Positions 40,686 to 51,274 of a stretch of 64,000 nt of DNA are shown here, piece by piece. Within the stretch, counting starts at the first letter, position 1, and each line of letters begins with the position of its first letter. The position numbers and the translations under genes are program-made. The stretch is taken from contig CBDAOY010000005.1 of NCBI GenBank assembly GCA_965198225.1, positions 608,001-672,000 on the forward strand. Reading direction: 5' to 3'. The notes under the pieces were generated by a model. The model did not search any database. It was not told where the DNA came from and saw nothing but the letters and a program-made list of their open reading frames with translations. The stretch is from Terriglobia bacterium (GTDB taxonomy: Bacteria; Acidobacteriota; Terriglobia; 20CM-2-55-15).

Positions 40686-40718
40686 CGCAGTCCTCCCTTG
40701 ATTTCGCCTGGTGTTTTG

Positions 40719-41744
40719 CTACTGCTTCACGTACTTCTTCAGATCCCGAGGACCGACTTCGGCACCGTAGATGTTGCCGGCCGCATCCACCGCGACTCCT
40801 TCCGACCCGCTTGTCGCGGAGTTGTCCGGGTTCGGCTCGGGATCCGGGATGAAGTTCGTCACCCAGCCGTCCTTGGCGCTTCCGATACGGATACCCCGCT
40901 TCCAGCCCGGGTTCCGGCGCGTGTTCGATTCCGAGTCGGCGGAATAGAGGATATCGTTGACGTCGATGAAGAGCCCACTGGGCCGGCCGAACTGTGTCCA
41001 TGTCGTGATGTAGTTACCGTCCTGGTCGAAGATCTGGACCCGGCTGTTGTACCGGTCGCCGATGAACAGGCGTCCCTGAGAATCCATCGCCAGGGCGTGA
41101 GGGTCGTGGAACTCTTCGTCGCTCGATCCCGTCTTCCCCCACGACTTGATAAAGGCTCCAGTACTCGAGAACTTGGCGATGCGGTTGTCGTCGCCCCGCC
41201 CGAGATGGCCGATCGCGACGAAGATGTCGCCGTTGGGGGCGACCAGGACATCGGACGGCCCGTTGAAGCTATCGGGCCCGTCACCCCTGCCTCCGGGCGT
41301 GCCCAGGGTCATCAGGACCTCTCCATCCGGACTGAACTTGAACACCTGGTACCCCTTTTCTTCTGCCCTTCCGGTGTCTGTGACCCAGACGTTGTCCTCG
41401 TGGTCGACGAAGATCCCGTGCGGCTGTACGATCATTCCCGCGCCGAAACTCGCTAGAAGCCTTCCCGACGCGTCGAACAAGAGAACCGGATCGACATCTT
41501 CTCTGCCGCTGCAGTTGTTCTGACCTCATCTTTCGGCGACCCAGATCTTGCCGCTTCCGTCACGAGCCGGAAATACTGCGCTCATCGATCCCCAGGTCCG
41601 CTGGTCGGGTAGCTGAGCCCAGCCTTCGACCGCGCGATACGGATTGGGGGCATGGTTCTGGCCGGATGCCGCCAGTCCAGATAATGCGATTACGGCGGTG
41701 GCGGCAATCACCTGCGTGAGTCTCGATCGGCTGGGACGCGACAT
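40719..41744 (-). CDS. Secreted NHL-repeat protein, paralog 2, with in-frame TGA (41526-41528) at a Cys position: selenoprotein candidate or pseudogene
   Basis: KIWVAER*GQNNCSGRED aligns with paralog NIWVGERCGQNSCVGRDN. Both halves are in one frame and total 341 codons versus 340 in the paralog. Confidence 0.8.
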
Positions 41745-41879
41745 CGCAGTCCCTCCTTCGGAAGAAGAATTCGCGTGCGGCTGAGTGCCTGGTGACCTGT
41801 GACAGGCCACTAGTTATAAACCAGGGGGCGTGCGATTGCGAAAAAAAGCTTCCAAGGAGAACTTCACAAGAACCTGAGT

Positions 41880-42150
41880 CTAGTGGCCTGAGTCAGAAAT
41901 AACGTCACTATCGCCGACGGGTGTTGTTCGTGCACGGGCGGAATCTGGAAAGCTATGTCGCTTCAGCGACCCTAAGGTTTTTGCTGTAGCGGGGGCAACA
42001 CCCGTCGGCCTAAAGGATTCGGGCGGAACGGGGCCGTCTTCGTTGTCGTCGACTCCTACCAATGAAAGAGCATTGCGTCGTCGTCGACTCCTAGAATCCG
42101 ACGCCGGTCCGCCGAACGCTGGTACCGATAGTACTGTTACAGGTCACTAG
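41880..42150. mobile_element. MITE with CTAGTG(G/A)CCTG termini
   Basis: CTAGTGGCCTG...TGTTACAGGTCACTAG; its internal CAATGAA..AGCATT..CTCCTAGAATCCG motif is shared with the other copies. Confidence 0.75.
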
Positions 42151-42654
42151 CTAGACAGCGGCGTCACCCGGCGGGCTGAAGCGGCCCCAGATCTCTATGC
42201 GGATCTCGCCGCGGTCGGTTCGGTGGGACTGGGTGAGTGACTGGACCCGACCTGCCAGCTCGACACCGGGATAACGTCTCTCACTTTCGGAGATCGTTTC
42301 TACAGATAACCATCCGAGTTTTCTTCGGTGAAGAATCCCAAAGTCGTCGGCCCACAACCCGATGACCTGAATCGAGGTCAGGTCGTTCGGGCCGGCCGCG
42401 ACATGCCGGAATTCGATCTCGCGCGAGCGCCCGGAGATGAACAGGTCCACGGTTTCTCGGGTTCGGGATATCCCCGCGACTTTGACGGAGCTGAATAGTC
42501 GGTCGGCGGCTTGAGGTGGGTTCTGGCGAACACGGATCAGGTGGGGTGGGTCACCGGGAAGCCGAAAGTCCTGATTCTCCTGGACCTCCAGGCGACTCGC
42601 GACAACTGGAGCCGGCGCATAGCCCGTCAGCCAGCGTTGCAGACCTTCCAACAC
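42151..42654 (-). CDS. Hypothetical protein (HIRAN-like C-terminal pattern possible)
   Basis: KVAGIS...PND..SIQV.G....KLGWL pattern; GGAGG-like RBS. Confidence 0.5.
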   Translation of the reverse strand: MLEGLQRWLTGYAPAPVVASRLEVQENQDFRLPGDPPHLIRVRQNPPQAADRLFSSVKVAGISRTRETVDLFISGRSREIEFRHVAAGPNDLTSIQVIGLWADDFGILHRRKLGWLSVETISESERRYPGVELAGRVQSLTQSHRTDRGEIRIEIWGRFSPPGDAAV

Positions 42655-42772
42655 AACCGAACCCTCCCGCAGGAGAGCGTCCCCCTAACTAAGTATGACG
42701 TAAAAACCGGGCAGCGCCATGCGTTTCCTACTTTTTTCTAGGAATTTAGACGACATGCCGGATTGGCCGGCC

Positions 42773-44320
42773 CTAGGAGCCTGTCGGCAATAAGGTTATT
42801 GAAGGATGCAAGGCGGCGTATTGGATGAAGAGGCGGCGAAAAGAGTCACAGACAATCCAAATGGAGCGGAGACAGCCTGTATGTTGTCTGTAGAAGCTGC
42901 TTTCCAAGAACCCTGGACCTTGATTCATGCTGCCGACATCTGTATCACCCCGTCCCGCGCGATACAGTTTCAATAGATTGTGTGTCAGGCACACCAGCGT
43001 CCACTCTGCCTGCACGTTCTCCAGTCCGCGGAGACTGAACCGGCGGAAGTGCCGGCATTCCTTGATCTGTCCGAATACCGGTTCCACAATCGCCTTGCGC
43101 ATCTTGTAAACCGCCCGGCCGGCCTCGCTTTGGAGTTTCTGTCTCATTTGCTGCAGAAGGTCACCTTCATCCGATACCTGGATGGGTGCGGCCGATGCGC
43201 CATGTTTATCCCTGCCTGTCGCCACGTGCAGGTCGATGCCTTCAACCCGCTTGTCGGCGACTTGCTCCGGGCTCCAATAGCCGGTATCGGCACTGCACGC
43301 CACCGGGGAGGCTCCCGTATTCTGCTTCACCTGTTCCAACATCGGTGCCAGTTGTTGTTTGTCGTTGCTCTGCTGCGTGATGTTGGCGGCCACGATGATC
43401 TGTGCTTCGCTATCCACGGCAATCTGTGCATTGTAGGCCTGTACGAAGCTGCCTTTGTGCGCCCCGTCGGGCATGATCCGGCTGTCCGGGTCCGTGAAGT
43501 TCCGTTGCGCCTTTGGTTCCGGCACCGCCTGCTCGGGATCGGGAACCTGCGGTGGGCGTCCCGGAGTCTTCCGACCTGTCTCAGCCTCCTTCTGGAGCCG
43601 TTCGGCGGTTCGGGCTTCCGCGGCCGCCTTCGTCTCCTCGGCCTTCTGCTGGGCTTCGGCTTCCAGTGCCGCCTTCGCCTCCCGGATCTTCTTCAGCCGA
43701 CTTTCACGCCGGGCCAACTCGTCGGGTAACTTGTCGGCCTGTCCTCGCCGTTCCTTCTCATCCTCGGCCGCATCCGCCGCTTCGGCCTGCCGGAGCAACT
43801 CTTCCACTTCGGCCTTCAACTTCTCCTCGGATTCACACATCCGACCGTAACTCATCGCCTTGTGTTTGCTTGCGTTCCCCTGCACCTTGCTCCCGTCCAC
43901 CGCCACATGCCCCAGTTTCACCAGCCCCGCCTTCTGGCACAATTGCAGCGCTTGCAGGAACAGTCCCGCCAGTGCTCCCAAATGCCGCTTCCGAAACTCG
44001 CTCACCGTGCTGTGATCCGGATGGGAATCCGCACTCAGGTACCGAAACGCCACATCCTCGTACGTCCGCTTCTCGATCTGCCGCGAGCTGACCACTCCGG
44101 TGCAATAGCCATAAATCAACAACCGCACCATCATCACTGGATGGTACGCCGCCTGCCCCCTCCCGTCCTTCTCCTCGTAGGACCGGTAGAATGCCGAAAG
44201 ATCCAACGTGTCCACCAAATCCACCACGAATCGCGCCAGGTGATTCTCCGGTAGCCAGTCGTGTAACGACGGCGGCATCAACAAGCCCTGGTCCAGATCG
44301 TCGATCAGAAAGCATTTCAT
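42773..44320 (-). CDS. IS1182 transposase (stop codon supplied by the target CTAG)
   Basis: VDGSKVQGNAS, NFTDPDSRIM, ADTGY, VEPVFGQIK. Confidence 0.92.
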   Translation of the reverse strand: MKCFLIDDLDQGLLMPPSLHDWLPENHLARFVVDLVDTLDLSAFYRSYEEKDGRGQAAYHPVMMVRLLIYGYCTGVVSSRQIEKRTYEDVAFRYLSADSHPDHSTVSEFRKRHLGALAGLFLQALQLCQKAGLVKLGHVAVDGSKVQGNASKHKAMSYGRMCESEEKLKAEVEELLRQAEAADAAEDEKERRGQADKLPDELARRESRLKKIREAKAALEAEAQQKAEETKAAAEARTAERLQKEAETGRKTPGRPPQVPDPEQAVPEPKAQRNFTDPDSRIMPDGAHKGSFVQAYNAQIAVDSEAQIIVAANITQQSNDKQQLAPMLEQVKQNTGASPVACSADTGYWSPEQVADKRVEGIDLHVATGRDKHGASAAPIQVSDEGDLLQQMRQKLQSEAGRAVYKMRKAIVEPVFGQIKECRHFRRFSLRGLENVQAEWTLVCLTHNLLKLYRAGRGDTDVGSMNQGPGFLESSFYRQHTGCLRSIWIVCDSFRRLFIQYAALHPSITLLPTGS

Positions 44321-44401
44321 AATGCCTCTTTCTACCAATCTCTTCAGCCATCTCAGGTCCGGACTGCTCTTCCGATCCGTGAATCTATTCCCGACAGGCT
44401 C
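42777..44401 (-). mobile_element. IS1182 family insertion sequence
   Basis: IRs GAGCCTGTCGG / CCGACAGGCTC; CTAG TSD at 42773-42776 and 44402-44405. Confidence 0.93.
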
Positions 44402-44443
44402 CTAGCTGCCGCTTCGATCGGACTTAGAGGGGGGCGAGCCCGG

Positions 44444-44598
44444 CTAGTGGCCCGTGACAGTGCTGTCGGCACCATCGGTCCGAAGGCTCGGTGTCATAAC
44501 GCCCTCGCAATGAAACAGCATTGGCTCGGGCGTCACTCCTAGAATCCGACGCCGTTCCGCCGAACGCTGGTACCGATATCTCCGTTACAGGCCACTAG
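44444..44598. mobile_element. Short MITE of the same CTAG family, overlapping the kinase stop codon
   Basis: CTAGTGGCCCGTGACA...GTTACAGGCCACTAG. Confidence 0.75.
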
Positions 44599-46925
44599 TT
44601 GTTCAGGCCCAGTCGAGAGACGAGTTTGCCGAAGCGTCCGTCTTGACGCAGCTCTTCGGGCCACGGCAGCAGCTTCACGCGGGACAGGTCGCTAACCTGA
44701 TCGTCGTAGGCCCGATCAAGCGCTTCGAACGCCTGGTCCAATTCTCCGATTCCCGCCTGGGCCAGCGCAAACTCCAGCGGCGATACGTAGTGCTCTTTCG
44801 ACAGATCTTCCAGCCGGCGGATGGCTTCGCGGGCCATCTCGTCGTTCCCGGCGAACCCGTGGGCCAGTGCGAGATAACCGAGGGCGAGACGCCCGTCTGA
44901 AAGCTCTACGGCTCGCTGGAATTCCGGGACAGCTTCGGCGTAGCGCCCGCTCTCGATGAACACGAACCCCAGGCGCCAGTATGCGAGTGAAAACTTCGGA
45001 TCGAGTTCGATCGTCTTGCGCAGCTGCACGGTGGCATCGTCCGGGAAACCGGCCAGCAGGAGGCTGTAGCCCAGATGATCGTTGATGATGAGGGATAACG
45101 GGTCAAGTTCCTGTGCGCGCCGCATCTCTTCGAGCGCCTCGTCAAAACGTTCCATGACGAGCAGGTACCAGGCGTACCACTGATGGCCGGTGGGATAACC
45201 TGGCTTCAAGTCGATCGCACGCTTGAATTCCCGTTCTGTCTCCGCCCAGTGGCGGTCGAAAAACAATCCCGCGAATCCCAGGGACGCATGAGCTTCGGCC
45301 AGAGTCGGATCCAGCTCCAGAGCCCGCCGGGCGGCGGCTTGCGCCTTCGGGTAGGAATCCTTCGGCGGCGTATAGTTGTAGTAGCCCAGTGCCATGAAAG
45401 CGTCCGCCATGCCCGAGTACGCCAGTCCGTAGTTGGGGTCCTGGTCGATCGCCTCTTGAAAATGCCGGATGGCCTGCCTGCTCCCACCCTCCGATCTCTT
45501 ATTCCAGCAGTAGCGTCCCTTCAGGTAAGACTGGTAGGCGCCGGTGTCCTCAGTCGGCCGTTTGGTCAGGCTTTTCTTCTCCTCCGGACTCAGTTGGATC
45601 TTGAGCTTCTCGGATATCGCCTGGGCAATTTCTTCCTGGACCTCGAATATGTCGTAGACAGTTTTGCGGTACTGGCCGCCCCATATCTGGGAATCGCGGA
45701 CAACGTTGATCAACTCGACCCGAACGACAAGGGTCCCCTCGCGTTCGAAGACCCGGCCGGTCAGCACGGCAGTGACATCGAGGGAGCGTCCGATTGTTTG
45801 TGGATCTTCCTCGCTTTCCTTGTACCGGAACACGGTACTTCGAGGCACGACACGGAGGTGGGTCAGTTGGGACAGGTTGCTGATGATGTTTTCGGTGATT
45901 CCGTCGCTCAGGTATTCCGAATCCGGATCGGAGCCTGCGATCTCGAAGGGCAGAACCGCAAGGGCCTCGATCGCGCCGCTTTTCCGGGCGCCGCTCTCCG
46001 GCTCTGCGGAGGGCGCTGCAAGACCGGAGGGACTTGCCACGGCCGCTCTGGCCGCGGAGCTTCCCCGAGGCCCGGTCTCCCGCCGCATCCGTCTCAGGTC
46101 CGCCAGCATGTCGGCTGCATTCTGGTATCGAAGCATCCGGTCTTTATCGAGAGCCTTCAAGATGATTTCGTCGAGCTTGGACGGAAGCTTCGAGTTCAGC
46201 GCCTTGGCGGACGGCGGTTGTCGGTTGACGATCGAGTCGTAGAGGGCCGCGACGTTGTCGCCCCGAAACGCGCGAACGCCGGTTGCCATCTCATAGATCA
46301 CCGCCCCGAGCGAAAACAGGTCGCTCCGCGTATCCACTTCTTCGCCCAGAGCTTGTTCCGGAGACATGTAGGCCAGGGTGCCCACCGCCGTGCCCGGTCG
46401 CGTGAGGGTTTCGTCGTTCAAGGTTGGCGTGCGGTAGGGACGGTCGCCTACCTGTGCCTGACGCGCCAGCTTGACGAGACCGAAATCCAGCACCTTCGCC
46501 TGACCACGCTCGGTGACGAATATGTTGGCCGGTTTGATGTCACGATGGACGACGCCCAGGGAGTGCGCCGCGTCGAGGGCATCGGCAAGTTGAATAGAAA
46601 GGTCGATGACGTCGTCCAGCTTCAGGGCTCCGCGACCGATTCGATACTTGAGTGTCTCGCCGCGCATCAGTTCCATCACGATGAAGGGGCTGCCCTCGTA
46701 GCTTCCCAGGTCGTAGATGGCACAGATGTTCGGGTGTTCGAGCGATGCCGCGGCCCGGGCTTCCTTTATGAAACGCCCGACGGCCTCCTTGTCCCCGGGG
46801 TTCGGCAGAAACTTCAGGGCGACATGGCGGCCGAGCATCGTATCCTCGGCTTCATAGACCACCCCCATACCGCCACCGCCCAACTTTTCGAGCACCCGGT
46901 AGTGTGAAACCATCTTGTCGATCAT
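44595..46925 (-). CDS. Ser/Thr kinase with TolB-N-like domain and TPR repeats
   Basis: GGGGMGVVY, HRDIKPAN, DFGL; LAVLPFE...EYLSDGITE; TPR-like DPNY.LAY, DPLS. Confidence 0.93.
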   Translation of the reverse strand: MIDKMVSHYRVLEKLGGGGMGVVYEAEDTMLGRHVALKFLPNPGDKEAVGRFIKEARAAASLEHPNICAIYDLGSYEGSPFIVMELMRGETLKYRIGRGALKLDDVIDLSIQLADALDAAHSLGVVHRDIKPANIFVTERGQAKVLDFGLVKLARQAQVGDRPYRTPTLNDETLTRPGTAVGTLAYMSPEQALGEEVDTRSDLFSLGAVIYEMATGVRAFRGDNVAALYDSIVNRQPPSAKALNSKLPSKLDEIILKALDKDRMLRYQNAADMLADLRRMRRETGPRGSSAARAAVASPSGLAAPSAEPESGARKSGAIEALAVLPFEIAGSDPDSEYLSDGITENIISNLSQLTHLRVVPRSTVFRYKESEEDPQTIGRSLDVTAVLTGRVFEREGTLVVRVELINVVRDSQIWGGQYRKTVYDIFEVQEEIAQAISEKLKIQLSPEEKKSLTKRPTEDTGAYQSYLKGRYCWNKRSEGGSRQAIRHFQEAIDQDPNYGLAYSGMADAFMALGYYNYTPPKDSYPKAQAAARRALELDPTLAEAHASLGFAGLFFDRHWAETEREFKRAIDLKPGYPTGHQWYAWYLLVMERFDEALEEMRRAQELDPLSLIINDHLGYSLLLAGFPDDATVQLRKTIELDPKFSLAYWRLGFVFIESGRYAEAVPEFQRAVELSDGRLALGYLALAHGFAGNDEMAREAIRRLEDLSKEHYVSPLEFALAQAGIGELDQAFEALDRAYDDQVSDLSRVKLLPWPEELRQDGRFGKLVSRLGLNN

Positions 46926-47022
46926 GGTCCGCCTGGGTCCGCTCCGTAGTCGTCTCAAAAATAGGGTTCGGGGGGTCTGGGAGACAAATTCTATAAGAGA
47001 TCCAAAGTGCGGTCAAACTGGT

Positions 47023-47291
47023 CTAGTGGCCTGTAACAGAGAGAGTGATAGTGGCGTTGCGAGCGCAACGGTACCGGATACTAGGAGCGCCGCGCGAGTT
47101 AATGCTGCTTCATTGCGAGAAGGCGCGACGACGAAGACGGTGCTGTTCCGCCGCAACCCGAAGGGACGATGGGCCTTGCCAGCCAGGCAGAGGAGCTGGG
47201 AAGGAGCGAGTTTTTCCGTGTCTGAACAGTCGGGAGAGCACCCGCAAGGCCCATCGGCGACGCTGTCACTATCTCTGTAACAGGCGACTAG
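47023..47291 (+). mobile_element. MITE (about 270 bp), copy A
   Basis: CTAGTGGCCTGTAACAGAGAGAGTGATAG...CACTATCTCTGTAACAGGCGACTAG; inverted homolog at 52865-53133. Confidence 0.82.
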
Positions 47292-47800
47292 CAGCCTGTC
47301 GGACTTGGCAATGACAGTGGAGCATCGACGATCCGATAATTGAACATTGCCGAGGTCATTCGCAAGAAAAGCGTCGAAAGTGATTGTGATTTTGGGATCC
47401 ACGGGCTTGTGCAGCGGTCCAGCCAGGCGGCTTTCCGGCCAGGATCGGACGTTGGAGCGTGGATCGGCTGTGGGAGGGGACTGCTGAGTGAGATTGAAGA
47501 GCCGTTTCAGATTCCAGGCCATGCTGACCAGCGTCCATTCTCCGGATGCCCCGTCGAGTCCCCGGAGGTGAAACTGCCGAAATCCCAACACGGACTTGAC
47601 GATTCCAAATACCGGTTCGACGGTAGACTTGCGTTTGGCATAAATGGCCCGGCCATCGACGCTCGACAACCGATGCGCCATCGCGTCGACCGGACCCGCA
47701 TCGGGCGCCCCAGGCGGGGGCTCGGTCCAACGTTGTTCCACCGTCAGATGATGGCGGTCGCGTCCCATCGCTATGTACGGCGTCACGCCCGCCGCTTGCA
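47292..47800 (-). pseudogene. 3' remnant of a different IS1182 transposase with its right IR
   Basis: IYAKRKSTVEPVFGIVKSVLGFRQFHLRGL...EWTL...AWNLKRL; IR CAGCCTGTCGGAC next to CTAG. Confidence 0.85.
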
Positions 47801-47803
47801 ACC

Positions 47804-48277
47804 GTCGCCCAGGACATCTTTCTTTTCGACGGAACTGTGCGTGACAACCTGACCATGTGGGACAGCACGGTTCCGGAACGAAACCTGATCCGAGCCTGCG
47901 AAGATGCCGCCATCCACGAGACGATCCTGGAACTGCCGGGCGGCTACGACAGCGTGCTTCTCGAAGGCGGCGGCAACCTGAGTGGCGGCCAGCGGCAGCG
48001 TCTGGAGATCGCCCGGGCACTGGTCAACAACCCGTCGATCCTGATTCTGGACGAGGCGACCAGCGCGCTCGATGCCGAGACCGAGAATATCGTGATCGAG
48101 CGGCTCCGGATGCGCGGTTGTTCCTGCATCGTGGTCTCCCACCGGCTCAGTACCATTCGCGATTGTGACGAGATCATCGTTCTGGAGAAGGGGAAGGTCG
48201 TCGAACGCGGGACCCACGACGAACTGTGGAAGCTCGAAGGTCAGTACGCGCGGCTGATCCGGACCGCCAACGACTGA
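47804..48277 (+). pseudogene. C-terminal NBD of an NHLP-type peptidase/ABC transporter, 5' part lost
   Basis: VAQDIFLFDGTVRDNLTMWD...NLSGGQRQRLEIARALV.NPSILILDEATSALD; no Walker A, TMD or C39 domain. Confidence 0.85.
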
Positions 48278-48278
48278 A

Positions 48279-51170
48279 ATGTTTGAGGATCGAAGTATCA
48301 GCTCGGCGGGAAGCCGAACGCATACCGTTCGGGGCCACCACCCGTTCGTTCTCGACGAACCCCGGGCGATGTGGGTCGTACGTACCGGTTCGGCGGCAGT
48401 GTTTGCGGCGCGCATCGAAGACGGCGCGCCGGTTGGGGAACGCCGCTTCGTCGGACGAGTAGGGAGCGGCGGCTCCCTGCTGGGATTGGGTACTGCAGAT
48501 TCTTCGATCCAGTTGATCGCTCTGGCGATCGAGGACCTCACGCTGGTCGAACATCCGCTGAACGGTCTTCCCGCGGACTATCTCATCGACGGGGCCCCTC
48601 TTTCGGAGCGTTTGGAAGATTGGGTCAGCCGCTCGTCGGCTTTCGTCGGTGCCGAATCGGGTTCGGCAGAAATCGAAAGAATCACCGAGTCCGGCGAGAT
48701 CTGTCTCGATGAGGGGCAGCGGACCCGTCCCGCCAGGGACACTGTTTTCTGGCTCAGCCCGAAAACAGGAAGGGCCGGCCTGCTCGGCGCCGAGTACATG
48801 GGGATTCGTCCCGGCGCCCGGGTGCCACTCGGTTCAGGTGCGTGGATCGAGGCTTCGGAGGCTGTAACGCTGACGGCCGCCAGGGCCGCCGAACTCGAGG
48901 TCCAGCAGATGCTCGACGGCCTCGACGAGTTCCATGCCCTTGTGGCAGCACACCTGGAGTCTCTGGACGCCTCCGAGCGAGAGGCGGAAGTGCGACGGTT
49001 GGAGCAACGCGGCGTTCTGCAGGCGCAGCTGCGCGAATCGGCGCTGGACGAGATGGCGTCCGTTCTGAACCCGCGGACCCTGCTGCCTCATCGCGACACC
49101 GACCTGTTGACCGCAGTCACGGCAGTGGGCGACGCTCTGGGCATAGAGATTCACCCCCCGGCGACATCGGAGAACCTGAAACGGGTGAAAGATCCAGTGG
49201 ACGCGATCGCGCGAGCCTCGCGTGTGAGACACCGTCGCGTCCTGTTGCGCGGCCGGTGGTGGGAAAACGACTGCGGGCCGCTCGTCGGCTACCTCGCCGA
49301 TGGGCATCGGCCGGTCGCTCTGCTGCGCACAAGGTATTCGCAATACGAGATCGTCGACCCGGAGACCAGAAAGCGGAAGCTCATCGACGACCGGGTGGCG
49401 GGTTTGCTCGACCCCGAAGCGGTGATGATCTACCGCCCGCTGCCGGACCGGGCACTGCGGGCATGGCACTTGATCGGTTTTTCGATGCGGGGCCGGAGTG
49501 GTGATGTTGCTTTTGTTCTGGGGCTGTCTGTTGTGGTCTCGATGATCGGCATGTTGACGCCGATGGCGACGGCTCTGGTACTGGACACGGCGGTTCCGGA
49601 CTCCGACCGGCGACTGTTGCTGGAGCTTGGACTCGGGCTGATTGCCGCGAGCGTCGGCGTCGGGCTGTTGGCGCTGGCCCAGGGGGTGGTCGCGATCCGG
49701 ATGTCGATCGCCACCGATGCGGTCACCCAGTCCGCGATGTGGGACCGCCTGTTGGCGCTGCGGCCTTCCTTCTACAAACGCTTTTCCAGCGGCGACCTGC
49801 TGTCACGAGCTTCAGCCGTCGGCGAGATCACGCGGGAACTCAACGGGACCACTTTGAAGACGATGCTTGCGAGTCTGATGGCGGTCTTGAACCTCGGCTT
49901 GTTGCTCTATTACAGCGCCAGTCTGGCTTGGATCGCGGTGGGGATGGCGTTGGTGACGGCCACGGTGACGGTCGTGGGCGGTTACTTCATTCGTCGCTAC
50001 AACCTGACGCTTCTGGAATTGAAAGGGGTGTTCTTTGGACTGGTGACGCAGATGATTCGGTCGGTAAGCAAGATTCGGGTCGCCGGGGCCGAGGAGCGGG
50101 CTTTTGCACTCTGGGTGCGGAAGTATTCCCAGCAGCTGGCTCTGATCCGGAAGTCGCAGAGTGCGGAAGACTATGTCATCGTCGTCAACCAGTTGGTGCC
50201 GACCATCAGCACGATGCTCCTGTTCTGGTTCGGTGTCGAGTTGCTGACCGGGGCGGGTGGGGAAGGCCGGATGAGCGTCGGCATCTTCCTGGCCTTCAAC
50301 ACGGCCCTCGGGGTTTTCGTCGGTGGTACAACAGCCCTGGGAAACTCATTCGTTCAGATCCTCGACACGCTCGCCAAGAGCAAGAGGATCACACCGATCC
50401 TCGAAGCCGAGCCGGAGGCCGACGAGTCGAAGGCCGATCCCGGACGCCTGGCCGGGGCGATCGCCCTGACCCACATCCACTTCCGGTATTCTCCCGATGG
50501 TCCGATGATCCTGGACGACGTCAGCTTCACCGCGGAGCCGGGCGAGTTTGTTGCCATCGTGGGGCCGTCCGGGAGCGGGAAGTCCACGCTGTTCCGGCTG
50601 CTGCTGGGGTTTGAATCGCCCGAGTCGGGCGTGATCACCTATGACGGTCAGGATCTGGTCGGCCTGGACGTAACCGCGGTGCGGCGTCAGCTCGGCACTG
50701 TTCTGCAGTCGGGCGTGCTCAACGCCGGTTCCATATTCGAAAACATCGGCGCCGGCGCGCTGATCACGCTCGACGAGGCCTGGGAGGCCGCCGAAGATTC
50801 CGGGCTGGCCGATGACGTCCGCGCCATGCCGATGGGAATGCACACGATGGTCAGCGATGGCGGCGGGAACTTCTCCGGCGGTCAGCGTCAACGTTTGTTG
50901 ATTGCTCGTTCAATCGTCACGCGCCCCAGCATCCTGCTGATGGATGAGGCGACCAGCGCGCTGGACAACCGGACCCAGGCGATCGTCAGCGAGAGTCTCG
51001 AACGGCGCAGGGTCACGCGGCTGGTCATCGCGCACCGGCTGAGCACGATTCAGAATGCCAACCGAATCTATGTACTGGATCGCGGAAGAGTCGTCCAGAC
51101 GGGGAGGTTCGCGGAGTTGTCGAAAACGGAAGGTGTTTTTTCCTCGTTGATGGCCAGGCAGCAGACGTAG
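48279..51170 (+). CDS. NHLP/Nif11 bacteriocin-system ABC transporter permease/ATPase
   Basis: IARASRVR.R.V.L.G.WW..DCGPL, TMD, GPSGSGKST, FSGGQRQR, DEATSALDN.TQ. Confidence 0.92.
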   Translation: MFEDRSISSAGSRTHTVRGHHPFVLDEPRAMWVVRTGSAAVFAARIEDGAPVGERRFVGRVGSGGSLLGLGTADSSIQLIALAIEDLTLVEHPLNGLPADYLIDGAPLSERLEDWVSRSSAFVGAESGSAEIERITESGEICLDEGQRTRPARDTVFWLSPKTGRAGLLGAEYMGIRPGARVPLGSGAWIEASEAVTLTAARAAELEVQQMLDGLDEFHALVAAHLESLDASEREAEVRRLEQRGVLQAQLRESALDEMASVLNPRTLLPHRDTDLLTAVTAVGDALGIEIHPPATSENLKRVKDPVDAIARASRVRHRRVLLRGRWWENDCGPLVGYLADGHRPVALLRTRYSQYEIVDPETRKRKLIDDRVAGLLDPEAVMIYRPLPDRALRAWHLIGFSMRGRSGDVAFVLGLSVVVSMIGMLTPMATALVLDTAVPDSDRRLLLELGLGLIAASVGVGLLALAQGVVAIRMSIATDAVTQSAMWDRLLALRPSFYKRFSSGDLLSRASAVGEITRELNGTTLKTMLASLMAVLNLGLLLYYSASLAWIAVGMALVTATVTVVGGYFIRRYNLTLLELKGVFFGLVTQMIRSVSKIRVAGAEERAFALWVRKYSQQLALIRKSQSAEDYVIVVNQLVPTISTMLLFWFGVELLTGAGGEGRMSVGIFLAFNTALGVFVGGTTALGNSFVQILDTLAKSKRITPILEAEPEADESKADPGRLAGAIALTHIHFRYSPDGPMILDDVSFTAEPGEFVAIVGPSGSGKSTLFRLLLGFESPESGVITYDGQDLVGLDVTAVRRQLGTVLQSGVLNAGSIFENIGAGALITLDEAWEAAEDSGLADDVRAMPMGMHTMVSDGGGNFSGGQRQRLLIARSIVTRPSILLMDEATSALDNRTQAIVSESLERRRVTRLVIAHRLSTIQNANRIYVLDRGRVVQTGRFAELSKTEGVFSSLMARQQT

Positions 51171-51183
51171 GTAGAGTGCGGAT

Positions 51184-51248
51184 AGGCCCGTATGTCTCTG
51201 TTTTAAACTAGCAGTATTTCAACACCTTAGAATAGGGACATACGGGCC
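51184..51248. repeat. Inverted repeat between convergent genes
   Basis: AGGCCCGTATGTC ... GACATACGGGCCT. Confidence 0.55.
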
Positions 51249-51274
51249 TGCCCCTTTTTCTGGAAGAGTCATTG

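Noticed and set aside
39141-46907. Long antisense ORFs (e.g. 39141-40625, 45183-46907; likewise 61151-62854)
   Set aside because: Shadow frames of well-supported genes in high-GC DNA.
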